From contig NIVC01001474.1 in assembly GCA_002269645.1 (NCBI GenBank), forward strand, positions 218,875 to 282,874: 64,000 nucleotides of DNA, read 5' to 3'. Positions within the stretch are counted from its first letter, which is position 1; each line of letters starts with the position of its first letter. A program made the position numbers and the translations under genes. The DNA is from Macrostomum lignano. Lineage: Eukaryota. Below, in pieces: positions 1-12,732 of this stretch. Below the pieces are notes generated by a model. It was not told the DNA's origin. It did no database searches and was given only the letters and a program-made list of their open reading frames with translations.

Positions 1-1516
1 CCACTGAATAGACAGGTGAGATTCCACTGAATAGACAGGTGAGAGTCCACTGAATAGACAGGTGAGAGTCAAGTGAATAGACAGGTGAGAGTCCACTGAA
101 TAGACAGGTGAGAGTCAAGTGAATAGACAGGCCAGAGTCCACTGATTAGACAGGTGACAGTCAACTGAATATACAGGTGAGATTCCACTGAATAGACAGG
201 TGAGAGTCAAGTGAATAGACAGGTGAGAGTCAAGTGAATAGACAGGTGAGAGTCCACTGAATAGACAGGTGATAGTCCACTGAATAGACAGGTGAGAGTC
301 CACTGAATAGACAGGTGAGAGTCAAGTGAATAGACAGGTGAGAGTCCACTGAATAGACAGGTGAGAGTCAAGTGAATAGACAGGTGAGAGTCCACTGAAT
401 AGACAGGTGAGATTCCACTGAATAGACAGGTGAGAGTCAAGTGAATAGACAGGTGAGAGTCAAGTGAATAGACAGGTGAGAGTCAACTGAATAGACAGGT
501 GAGAGTCAACTGAATAGACAGGCGAGAGTCAACTGAATAGACAGGTGACAGTCAACTGAATAGACAGGTGAGATTCCACTGAATAGACAGGTGAGAGTCC
601 ACTGAATAGACAGGTGAGAGTCAAGTGAATAGACAGGTGAGAGTCCACTGAATAGACAGGTGAGATTCCACTGAATAGACAGGTGAGAGTCCACTGAATA
701 GACAGGTGAGAGTCAACTGAATAGACAGGTGAGAGTCAAGTGAATAGACAGGTGAGATTCCACTGAATAGACAGGTGAGAGTCAAGTGAATAGACAGGTG
801 AGAGTCCACTGAATAGACAGGTGAGAGTCAACTGAATAGACAGGCGAGAGTCAACTGAATAGACAGGTGACAGTCAACTGAATAGACAGGTGAGATTCCA
901 CTGAATAGACAGGTGAGAGTCCACTGAATAGACAGGTGAGAGTCAAGTGAATAGACAGGTGAGAGTCCACTGAATAGACAGGTGAGAGTCAACTGAATAG
1001 ACAGGTGACAGTCAACTGAATAGACAGGTGAGAGTCAACTGAATAGACAGGTGACAGTCAACTGAATAGACAGGTGAGATTCCACTGAATAGACAGGTGA
1101 GAGTCCACAGAATAGACAGGTGAGAGTCCACTGAATAGACAGGTGAGAGTCAAGTGAATAGACAGGTGAGAGTCAAGTGAATAGACAGGTGAGAGTCAAG
1201 TGAATAGACAGGTGAGAATCAAGTGAATAGACAGGTGAGAGTCAAGTGAATAGACAGGTGAGAGTCCACTGAATAGACAGGTGAGAGTCAAGTGAATAGA
1301 CAGGTGAGAGTCAAGTGAATAGACAGGTGAGAGTCAAGTGAATAGACAGGTGAGAGTCCACTGAATAGACAGGTGAGAGTTCACTGAATAGACAGGTGAG
1401 AGTCAAGTGAATAGACAGGTGAGAGTTCACTGAATAGACAGGTGAGAGTTCACTGAATAGACAGGTGAGAGTTCACTGAATAGACAGGTGAGAGTTCACT
1501 GAATAGACAGGTGAGA
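1..1516. repeat. 23-bp minisatellite array (CCACTGAATAGACAGGTGAGAGT and variants), intronic in ZNG1
   Basis: The unit is visible throughout, with variants tcaagt/tcaact/ttcact. The overlapping ORFs at 115-809 are translations of the repeat. Confidence 0.97.
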
Positions 1517-1519
1517 TTT

Positions 1520-2316
1520 TTTCACATTTCACACAATGAGACACATATTGAGTTCACACAATGAACACAATGAGACACATGATGAGTTCACACAATGAAC
1601 ACAATGAGACACATTATAAGTTCACACAATGAGACACATATTGAGTTCACAGAATAGACAGGTGAGATTTTTTCACATTTCACACAATGAGACACATATT
1701 GAGTTCACACAATGAACACAATGAGACACATGATGAGTTCACACAATGAACACAATGAGACACATTATAAGTTCACACAATGAGACACATATTGAGTTCA
1801 CACAATGAACACAATGAGACACATGATGAGTTCACACAATGAACACAATGAGACACATTATAAGTTCACACAATAAGACACACGAGTTCACATAATAAGA
1901 CACGAGTTCACATAATAAGACATGAGTTCACATAATAAGACAGAGTTCACATAATAAGACACGAGTTCACATAATAAGACACGAGTTCACATATTAAGAC
2001 ACGAGTTCACATAATAAGACACGAGTTCACACAATAAGACACACGAGTTCACATAATAAGACACACGAGTTCACATAATAAGACACAAGTTCACACAATA
2101 AGACACACGAGTTCACATAATAAGACACACGAGTTCACATAATAAGACACACGAGTTCACATAATAAGACACACGAGTTCACATAATAAGACACACGAGT
2201 TCACATAATAAGACACACGAGTTCACATAATAAGACACACGAGTTCACATAATAAGACACACGAGTTCACACAAGAAGACACACGAGTTCACATAATAAG
2301 ACACACGAGTTCACAC
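1520..2316. repeat. ~20-24-bp minisatellite (GAGTTCACATAATAAGACACAC and variants)
   Basis: Tandem units run to within about 20 nt of the ZNG1 exon-3 splice donor. Confidence 0.95.
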
Positions 2317-2338
2317 AAAAAGAGACATATTTTGTCAC

Positions 2339-5300
2339 CTTAGTCCTCAGAAACGCAGCTTCGGGAAACATTGGTTTATCGCTTTGCCACAACAGGTCGC
2401 CGAGCAGTCGTTCAACTCGATCTTGCTCGAACACGGCGTCAGGCTCGAAGTCGATAGCCAGAGTGCCGACATCAGCTCGCAGTTTGGTTCGATGCGACTC
2501 GCTACTCGCGCCAGTGTCGTGCAGTCGGTCAGCCAAGTCGGTAGCATTGCGATAGGCCCCCAGGCCTAGGATGGCATCCAGCGGGGCGATGCCTCGCTCA
2601 CTTTTAGCGATTCTACAAGCGGAGTTGATGCCTCTGACCAGAGCTTCCACACTGTCCAATGAGGTCAACTCCGCAGCTGAAGATGATGCTGACTGATTCG
2701 ATAGCAGGTCGGTTTTGCTTAGCAGCACGGTGTCAGCGCAGGCTACCTGGCGTTGCCATTCGACTTCTGAGAACTGGCGGCTGGCATTCAGGCTGTCCAC
2801 CTGATTGGCGTTCGGGGATCGGATCGGTAAACAAATCCCATCACCAATCCTGATCCCATTACCAATCCTGAATCCCTGATCCCATTACCAATCCTGATCC
2901 CATTACCAATCCTGATCCCATTACCAATCCTGAATCCCTGATCCCATTACCAATCCTCAATCCCTAATCCTATTGCCTGAAATCTGATCCCATTACCTGA
3001 ATCCCTTGTCCCTTTACCTAAATCCCTGATACCATTACAAATCCCGGATCCCTGATACCATTACAAATCCCGAATCCCTGATACCATTACAAATCCCGAA
3101 TCCCTGATCCCATTATATGAATTCCTGATCCGATTATCCGAATCCCTGATCCCATTATCCGAATCCCTGATCCCATTATCCGAATCCCTGATCTCATTAT
3201 CCGAATCCCTGATCCCATCATTTGAATCCCTGATCCCATTAGCTGAATCCCTGATTCCATTACCTGAATCATTGATCCCATTTACCTGAATCATTGATCC
3301 CATTACCTGAATCCCTGATCCCATTACCTGAATCCCTGATCCTATTACCTGAATCCCTGATCCTATTACCTGAATCCCTGATCCCATTACCTGAATCCCT
3401 GATCCCATTACCCGAATCCCTGATCTTATTACCTGAATCCCTGATCCCATTACCTGAATCCTTGATCCCATTACCTGAATCCCTGATCCCATCATCTGAA
3501 TCCCTGATCACATTACGTGAATCCCTGATCCCATCATCTGAATCCCTGATCCCATTAGCTGAATCCCTGATCCCATTACCTGAATCCCTGATCCCATCAT
3601 CTGAATCCCTGATCCCATCAACTGAATCCCTGATCCCATTATCTGAATCCCTGATCCCATCAACTGAATCCCTGATCCCATTATCTGAATCCCTGATCCC
3701 ATCAACTGAATCCCTGATCCCATCATCTGAATCTGATCCCATTACCTGAATCTCTGATCCCATCATCTGAATCCCTGATCCCATCATCTGAATCCCTGAT
3801 CCCATCATATGAATCCCTGATCCCATCATCTGAATCCCTGATCCCATCATCTGAATCCCTGATCCCATCATCTGAATCCCTGATCCCATTACGTGAATCC
3901 CTGGTCCCATTATAGACTCTGATCCCACATCTCACAGCTAAAACCCAGACCCACTCCAAACCAGCTCACCACAGTGACAAAGCCGTCCAGACAGACCAAA
4001 CTCTCGAGCTGCTCATCCAACCAAAACAAAGCCGCAATGGGCCCCGGCTCAGCCAATCCAGTTGTCTCCAGCAGCACGTGATCAAATCGACCTCGACGCT
4101 CCATCAGCCGTTCAATCGCGGCAACACCAGCATGTTTCAACGAGCAGCAGAGGCAGCCATTGCCCAGCTCCAGCCATTCTTCGTAGCGCTTCTGACCATC
4201 GCTAGAGTTCTTGCTGTCGCCTGAACGGATTGTGAGTGAGTAGCTAGTTGATAATTATTGACTTTAGATCACACCCCAGGTCTCACCTCATCGATCTAAT
4301 GGCTCAGTCACAGTCACAACGCTAAACAAAGCAGCACTGTAGATGGGATTTTTGGGATAATATAGGCAAAAGATTCCTTCAGATAGGATTTGGGGGGGAT
4401 TTTAGGCAAAAGATCCCTTCAGATGGGATTTGGGGGAATTTTAGGCAAAAGATCCCTTCAGATGGGATTTTAAGAAATTTTAGGCAAAATATTGCTTCAG
4501 ATGGGATTTAGGGGGATTTTAGGCGAAAGATCCATTCAGATGGGATTTAGGGGGATTTTAGGCAAAATATCCCTTCAGATGGGATTTTAAGAAATTTTAG
4601 GCAAAATATTCCTTCAGATGGGATTTGGGGGGATTTTAGGGAAAATATTCATTCCGTTGGGATTTTACGTTTTACGATTCCAAAGAGTCGTATCTGTAGA
4701 ATCACTGAGTTGCGTCTAAAGCGCATCTGCGTCACGTCACTTTATGAATTATAATCGCCTTTCACATTTATAACAACTCTATTTTGTCTACTTGAGTTAG
4801 TAGTTTTTTCGCAACTCTTACGATCCTGCAACTCACGTGATGCGCTCGTGACTCAACAGTCGCCTCTCTGTTACATTACAGTCGTTTTGAGTTGTTAAAA
4901 AAAGTCACAGGAGTCACCCAAGAGTCGCTAGAGTCACTTGTGAGTTGTTTGCAATGACTCTAAGTAATAGTAATTCTAGTGGCCCATCGCGGCGCTCTGA
5001 TGTGCCAGCATAAAGTGCAGTCACATCAATTTGAGGCTAAATTGAAATCTCAGCTTGCCTCTGCTCGTGCAATTAACGGCCTTGAAGGCCAACCCCTAAG
5101 GCACTTTAAAGTGTACATGCCTAACGATAAATAATGTTAGGGCCGCTGTGTGTGTGTGCCTGTGTGTATGACCGCATAGATATTTGCATGGTACGTAAGA
5201 CTCTCAAAAATTACCTGTCTGATTGTCCTCAGCAACAGTGAGAGCCGCCTCAACAGCGGCAGAGTCGCCAAATTCGTTCATAATTACAGCAATCCGTCTG

Positions 5301-5521
5301 CCGTGCTGCTCAGTGAGAATGTAGTTCAACAAAGTAGTCTTGCCAGCTCCCAGGTAGCCAGTGATCACTGTGACAGGCACTGGAGGCAGATCAGTGACTG
5401 CAGGCTCAGCATTGGCTAAGCTACTACTGGGTATTTCATCCAGACTCACCAGATCTGGACAATCTTCATCATCATCTTGAGCAGCTTTAGTGGCACTGTT
5501 AAGATTCTCTGGCTGATTCAT
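2339..5521 (-). CDS. ZNG1: Zn-regulated GTPase metalloprotein activator (COG0523/CobW family, CBWD); partial, exons 5215-5521, 3970-4220, 2339-2800, last exon(s) outside the window
   Basis: The spliced product contains CPDLVSL (CPELVPI-like N-terminal motif), Walker A GYLGAGKTT, NEFG, EEWLELGNGCLCC (CxCC), LLETTGLAEPG and SKTD (G4-like). GT-AG junctions have consistent phases (1, 0, 0). Confidence 0.95.
2840..3925. repeat. 21-bp minisatellite (CCCATTACCTGAATCCCTGAT) filling ZNG1 intron 2
   Basis: Direct tandem periodicity. ORFs at 3061-3959 (GSGIQVM, LIPLPES) are repeat artefacts. Confidence 0.96.
4342..4645. repeat. ~40-bp tandem repeat (GATGGGATTT..TTTTAGGCAAAAGATCCCTTCA) in ZNG1 intron 1, about 7-8 copies
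   Basis: The repeated unit is visible from 4342 to about 4645. Confidence 0.9.
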
Positions 5522-5994
5522 TTCTCTGTCACTGTCCCCCAGCTGAAAGAAATAGTTTGGGGGGATTGAGAAATTAGAAGTATATAATCTCAGAAAACTT
5601 TTATATAAAACTAACTTGCTATTTATACATAGTTTTCTTTTGAAATAGCTACCAGTTGCAGTTATAATAAAATTTTCAATATAGAGATTACAAACTTGTG
5701 TTTTAAGAACTAGGCAAAGAATTATCTAAATTACATTTTTTATTTGAAACTGTCAAAAAAATTTGTTTAATTTGCTAGTTTGTCTATTAGTTAATAGGCT
5801 TTAATTTTTAACTACTTTTTTAATACTTCATATTTGTTGAATCAATATATCATTTTTTCTATTATAAATAAACCATTAACTCATTTATTCTTATTCACTT
5901 ATTCTCTATCTAAATATAAAGTCTCAACTTTGTATCTCAATCAGGATGGAAACTGTAAGCATATGAAGTTTGTCTTCTTTTTCTGTTGTTTGTG

Positions 5995-7130
5995 CCAGAG
6001 AGTAAAGAGGAGCGAGAGGAGAGAGGAGAGAGAAGATATGAGAGATGAGAGAGCAGAGAGCTACAGATGAGAGGAAAGAGGAGAGCAGAGAAGAAAGAGG
6101 TGAAAGAAGAGATGAGAGAGTAAAGGGAAGAGAGAAGAGATAAAGATACATTTCTATGTACATCTCTAAGATTGTAGAGATGAGAGACGTGTAAGGAGAG
6201 ATAGGAAATAAGAGATGAGAGATAATGGAGGAGACAGGAGAGTGGAGAGAGAAGAGAGGAGACAAGAGAGGGAGAGAGTATAGAAGAGGGAAGAGAAAAG
6301 AACAGAAGAAAGGAGCAGGAAAGTGAGGAGTCAAAAGAAGGGAAAGAAAAGAGTACAGAGGAGAGAGATAAAAGAACATATAAGACAGTAAAGATGACAG
6401 ATGAAAGAGGGGGTGAGAGAGCAGGGACGAGAGTGAACAGACGAGAGATGGGAGAGTAGAGAGAACAGAGAAGAGATAAGAGAGAAGAGAGAAGATATTA
6501 CAGAGACGAGAGAGAGGAGAGACAAAGGAAGAGAGAAGTGAGTGAGGAAAAAGGAGAGGAAAGAGGAGAATGGAGAGGGAAGAGAGATAGGAGAGGAAAG
6601 ATAAGAGAGAAAGAGAGAAAGAGAGACGAGACGAGAGGGAGAGCAGAGAGAAATGAGAAAATATAAAAGAGAAAGGAGAAAGAAGAGAGCAAAGACGAGA
6701 GAAGAGAGGTGAGGGAAGAGACGAGAGAAGAGGGGAGAGAGGAGAGGAGAAGGAAGAGACGAGAGAAGAGGGGGAGAGAAGAGAGAGGAGAGGAGAGAGA
6801 AAACGAAAAAGTAGAGAGGAGAGAGGAGAGAGAAAAGAAGAGAGAAGAGATGAGATAAGAGATATGAAAGAGAAGGAGATAAGGCAAGATATGAGAAAAG
6901 GTGGGAGAGAGGAAAGAGGAGATGAGAGAGAAAACGAAAAATTAGAGAGGAAAGAGGAGAGGAAAGAGAAAAGAAGAGACAAGAGATGAGATAAGAGAGA
7001 TGAAAGAGAAAAGAGATAAGGGAAGATACGAGAGAAGAGAGGAGGAGAGAGGAGAGATGAGAGATGTGAGAGAAGAGAGGAAACAGAAGAGACAATAGAA
7101 ATTTTAAAGGATCCAAGGGATATAGGGAGA
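5995..7130. repeat. Purine-rich (GA) low-complexity tract
   Basis: Almost only G and A on the + strand. The minus-strand L/S/F-rich ORFs are artefacts. Confidence 0.93.
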
Positions 7131-10100
7131 GTCAAAGAGAGGCCAGAGTTTGCCAATACATGTTTTAGAGTCAGACAGACATTGCCTGACATTCTGCATA
7201 GTACCCTAGCCAACAATATCAAATGTTTGCCTCAAATCCTAATTTTACACCAATGTACTCCATTGTTTTTGTTTGTGTATGGCCTTATATTTCAGAATAC
7301 ATGCAAAAGTAGTTCCAGGGATTGGAATTCCCCAGGTTCAAAATCCGCAAGTTTCAACAGCTTGTTATACTATATTCATATTTATATTATAGCTAGTATA
7401 TAAGCACTAGCAAATATTGAAATTTTTAGTAGCAATATAAGTTCTAGGTGTTATTATGCTAGAATAAGTATATATTTTATATGTATACAAAGCATCATTA
7501 ATAACTATCTATATTCTTAATTAAATAATAACCAAAAGGCAATGTCAATACCTATTTAATATTACTTTATAGCACTTAGGCTAAGCCTTTGAATCAACTC
7601 CAGTTACTAAAAGTGACTAGGCCCTCAATGTTGGGCACTATTGTTACTGAAAATCTTAAATTCTATAAAATAGCAAAAGCATTAGTGTTAAAACAAAAAA
7701 TCTCAACTTATTAACTCTAAATATATAAGTATATAAATGATGTTGAACTATCAGTAACTACCCAACAATGCTATTGTCAATCGTTGACTAAACTTTGTAC
7801 ACTTAGTAGACCCAATTGTCTACATTCATATATAGGCCTATAATTATCCATTTTAATATCATTAACATCATAGCTATCGTGGATTTTATTTATTTTTTTA
7901 TATTCATTTTTGGAAAGTTTCATGTCAATAGGCCTAGCTAAAAAATGTATGTATAGGCCCCTAGTGAGCTAATAAACAATTTTGCTAGATAGCCAACATT
8001 GTTTATATGCATTTAAACAAAAGCAGGCACTCAATAGTATGTTAGGCCTATATTTGTCCTTTATAATGTATTCTGTAAATCTTACTTAGGCCTAGTTTAA
8101 AGTAGTCACTATAGGAAACTACAAGATAGGCCTAGCCTATTGTTTTGTATAGAACAATATTTTTTGTCAATTTTCAAGCAAATCTAAGGCTAAGCAGTTA
8201 TACCTAATTTATAGACTTAGACTTAGACCTGGACCAAGATAATTTTTATATTTGCTATTTTAATTTTATGAACCCAGATTACCTATTTTATGGACTTTAA
8301 TCAAACTTTCTTTTGGGGTTTTATTACCATTTCTTCTCTATAGCTGTTTATTTAATTTTAGGATGCATTCAATTGAATATAGTTTAATAAATGTTTTAAA
8401 ATAAAAAAATCTCAAATTAGATATTGGTCTAAGTCTAAGTCTAAGTCTATATATAATAGGCCTCATCCATAAATTAGTTTGGCCTATAACCAATCTCAGC
8501 TGTACATAGTGATGGATTAAAATTATTTTTCCTATTGAAATTGAAATTAGAAATTTTATTAGGGTCTTTTGAATTTAAATTGAAAATGAAACTGAAATAT
8601 TTAGGCCTAGCTTGACAAATTTTTACATTTTTATTAGGCCTAATCATGCAAAAAAGTTAAACACCTTGAATCTGTAGACTACATGTTATATGTATTTAGC
8701 TTACATATTTTTGTATAGGCCTACACCTGGACTCCTGGAGATCTATACATCAATTTCATTAAGCTTTAAAAGTCTTTAGCCAATTAAAATCCACACTGAT
8801 ACATTCAAGTAGTGGGCTTCTGTGGACCATGGAGGTTAAGGTGGGTGCAACACAAGGCCTGGATCAAAATGTGTGTGCCCCGCACAATCTTTTCTTATAG
8901 AAAAGGCAATTCTTGCCTCCACCGCTGAGTCTTTGAACTGCACTTCTTTTCACTTCCTATAGATTTTCTTACTTGTATATCATGATCACGATCAGGTCTA
9001 ATTGTTGAAATAACCAAAATTTCGAAATGATTTTTGATGAATGATGTCGAAATTTGAAATTGAAATCGAAATTATTTTGATGCAAAATTGGGTTCGAAAT
9101 TCGGAATATTGAAATGAAATCGAAATCGAAATTCGTTCCATCAATAGCTGTACAAGTGCTACGAACTAGGCATACATACTCTGGGCCTAATAGGCCTAAA
9201 TACTCTGAGCATATAGCTAGCTAATGCATTTTAAATACGAACACCATTAAAATTAAAACCCTTGCTGTTCAGCCTTGCCTTGCGACTTGCGTGGCGTGGC
9301 TTTATGGAATGGATTTGAAATTTCACACAGACGCTTGTTGTGTGTGCAAATAATTTAGGCCCCTAATTTATCTGTAAATTTTTATATGCAAATCTGAGCT
9401 GAACAAGATATAGCTTATTTTGTTGCAGTGGTTACAAATCGAACATCAATACGAATAGGCCCTAATCTAAGGGGAAATGAAACAAAAACGCCGCTCGCTC
9501 GAGGCTCGACAATATTACTAATCATCTCGGACAGACAATTATTTCAAACCAGTACCTGTTTTTCAAAGAAAAGCATTTCTGCTTTTAAGTAATAAAACAG
9601 CCAAAACTATACCTTTACTAAATGTGGCCTGAGTTTGTTCCAATTTTCTAATTTCTTTCGATTTTTTACCTAATAAATTACATTAACAGTATCACAGCTA
9701 TCACAATGTTCTATCGGACTTGCGACGGTTTTTTGTTAGAGGGATGCAAAATATGGTTTCTACCAGAAGCTTGCACTACTCTGCTCCAATGTAGAAACAA
9801 AAATCGCCCCCTTAATCCACGTGGGTAGTTTTAAAACTGCTGCAGTTTCAATCAAATTCAAAATTTTTTATCAAGTCAGACCGGCATTTGAGATAGTTTA
9901 TTACAAAGCCGATATGCAGTTTGCCCGATGGACTTCAATATTTAATGAGAGAACCAAGGACCACTGTATATATTTGTAACCAAAGATTAAATGCAATCAT
10001 TAATTTTGTGACGAAAAATGATTTTCTCCTATCTCCGCAGTGTATTTTTTCCAGGAAATCAACCTCCTAAAAATTTACACGATCTTAAAATAGACCCTAG

Positions 10101-11355
10101 ATGACATTGGCTTGGGGTTTCTTACAAGATCTGACTTGAACTGCGCCCTAAGTTCTTGCAAGAGCTCAGCAGATCTTCGCCATTGAAATACATAGTCAAT
10201 TCTTACCAGATCTTCTGAACAGATCATGCAAGATCTTCGGGCCAGATCTGCTAAGATGACACAGGATCATGCAAGTTCTTGAGGCCATATCTTCCAAGAA
10301 GATACAAGATTAGTCAAGATCTGATAAGGCATAGAAGATGAATGTCTATAGCACGCAATGCGCGTGCAGTACCTCTATGGTGCATACATAATCAAAATTT
10401 TAAGACTCGGGAACTCGGGAAGTTACCTGAAGAAAAAAGTAATATAAACAAAAGAACATTTTTCTCTGCATTTTATTATTGGGTGAATTATAGTGGCACT
10501 ATTGGGCAATTCCCTATTTAAACATTTTTACTATTTAATTTTTATTTATAATTTACATACAGAGAGCATATAGTATTTACAAAAGCATGAACACAAAAAC
10601 ATAAAGGCGTAATGAAGTAGCAAACACAGCAAAATACAATAAAATTCCATTGCAAAAATTATAGCAAATTATAATTTAATTGCAATCTCGACAAGCATGC
10701 GATATAAACTAAATTATAAACATTTTCCTTAAAAATGTTGCTAAAACAAATCTTTACAAAATTAGGCTATCATACATATATAGTCATTGGCTCATTTCCT
10801 TTATAGCTAACACAAAATTTAGAAAGTAAAAATTCACAATCAAATTGCAATTCGTCCAATTTAATATTTAAAGTATTCTACTGTAAGTAGAAAGTATAAC
10901 ATTTGAGTAAAATTGCAATAATTGCAAGTGAATTGCACAGCAAATTGCAATTTAATTAATTTTTGTGGAAATAAAATTACAATTACGGCAATTATATAAA
11001 ATTCTTGGCAATATTTCTAATTTCATCCCAATCCGGGTGTCTTGGAGGGGAGGGAACGGCACATCTTAAGAGCAAATTGCTTCTGCAAGAATAAGTGTTG
11101 AACAAATTTCTCTAAAATCAGAGTAACTATAGTAACTTTTGCTCGTCGAAATTTCCGTTTTGCCATATTGCATTACCAACCGTTTCTTTCTGTTAATTTG
11201 ATGCCAGTTAGTTAAAAAGCCCCCATTCTGATATAGCTGCATTAAAAACTGTTTACAAAACTGTATTTTGAAAAGTAAACTAGAAAAGTTTTTTAAAGTA
11301 TTAAGTTTCGCAAATCTGTTCACCAAAGGCGGCTAGGCATAATGACAGTTAGAGT

Positions 11356-11440
11356 GCAGCTGGGCACCGAAGGCAGCTGGGCACCGAAGGCAGCTGGGCA
11401 CCAAAGGCAGCTGGGCACCGAAGGCAGCTGGGCACCGAAG
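11356..11440. repeat. 17-bp tandem repeat x5 (GCAGCTGGGCACCGAAG)
   Basis: Five near-identical adjacent units. Confidence 0.9.
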
Positions 11441-11751
11441 GCTGAGCACCAATGCACAGTAGGCAACGCAGGGCATCTGGCAGGGAAATGAAGATATTTG
11501 TGACACTGACAAGACTAATATTATTCACTTTCTACTTCGAAATTCGGATTTTAGAGCTAAGTAAGCAATATATTAGGTTTTTAAACTACATATTATTTTG
11601 CACTTGTAGCTTGTACTAGTAATACCCAGAGCGGCTGAAGATAGACAAAATTTAATCTAGTAAGCAAAATAAAAATGTACTCATAATCAGAGAACGAAAA
11701 AACGACACGAATGTGTAGGCGCGCTGCCTGCTTACCTGCTAGGGTTGCTCA

Positions 11752-12050
11752 CATACATGCGCAACCTCCAAAATTCGGTCGGCCGTGCGACTTAGTTTTA
11801 ACAAAAAATGCGACGTAGTTTTTGGCTAAAAATGCGACTTACATGTAAAAAAACCCTAAAGCAAAATTACCGCAACTTTGGGTAAACGGCAGGAGTAACT
11901 ATGACTGTCTTATTAAGCTAAAATGCCTCGTCAGCTACTTAGTACTACTGCTTGGGTGTTTTTTCGGGTGGCCCTTTTTGCGACTTCTTTGGTTGGCCGC
12001 CAAATCGGTCGGCCGGATCGGCCGACTCGGCCGACTGTTGCGCATGTATG
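11752..12050. mobile_element. Non-autonomous hAT-like MITE (299 bp)
   Basis: Perfect 14-bp terminal inverted repeats CATACATGCGCAAC / GTTGCGCATGTATG, flanked by an 8-bp target-site duplication GTTGCTCA (11744-11751 and 12051-12058). An 8-bp TSD is typical of hAT elements. Confidence 0.85.
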
Positions 12051-12279
12051 GTTGCTCATACTGCTGGGGCTGCCGTGTCGCCGCAGTGCTCATGCATACT
12101 GTGTGCACCTGCCAAGGGGGACGCAAAGTTGGGTATGAAGTTCTGTAGATTCTTACTGACATCTAAAGTTATTACAGACCGAATGGATCAAATTCAAGAT
12201 AGTGTTAATGTACTAATTACGAAAAAATATACTTTGGTTTTACACAGAAGTAAAAAACACGCGCAAATAAATGGGCTAC

Positions 12280-12732
12280 CTAATTGTGTTCGCAGCAGCT
12301 CAGAATCGGCACAAGGTAGACCTGGTTATCATCGGCCACCAGCAAGCACTTTAGGAAATCCAAACCAATTGGAACAGGAAAGTCGTCGCATCCAAAACTG
12401 TCTTCGTACTGCTGCCGTGAACAACAAAACATATTATTCTTTTTTACTGATAAAATCGGAGAAATTCTGACAGACTGGGTCCCGTGATCAATGCTCTTGA
12501 TGACTCCTACAGATTCGCTAGAATAATTCACGATGAAGCTGATGCACGTTCCTTTCCGAGCATTATCATAGGTATGGAACACCTGCATTCCATTGGAGAA
12601 AGAATTCTTACAACTTTTTTTACCATCACGATTTTTGCTTAAAATATTTAGCGGCTGGTGAAGCCTGTGCTGATGCATGAAAGGGCGCAAAATAGCTTGC
12701 AAACAGAATTGGTTATCTCCCAAAAGGCTCAA
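12280..12732 (-). pseudogene. Possible C-terminal remnant of an EnSpm/CACTA-like transposase
   Basis: Isolated 150-aa ORF in AT-rich DNA ending LKCLLVADDNQVYLVPILSCCEHN*, loosely like animal CACTA transposase C-termini. The resemblance is recalled and not verified. Confidence 0.3.

Noticed and set aside
115-809. ORFs in the 23-bp array (and the similar ORFs at 3061-3959, 31014-31721, 32383-32971, 36780-37433 and 50652-51139)
   Set aside because: They are stop-free translations of tandem repeats that lie in introns or intergenic DNA.
1-2316. CRISPR-like array
   Set aside because: The units are contiguous with no unique spacers, there are no cas genes, and the context is a eukaryotic intron.
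5924-7222. 432-aa hydrophobic L/S/F-rich ORF resembling a membrane protein
   Set aside because: It is a by-product of a GA-only tract, and several frames are open for the same reason.
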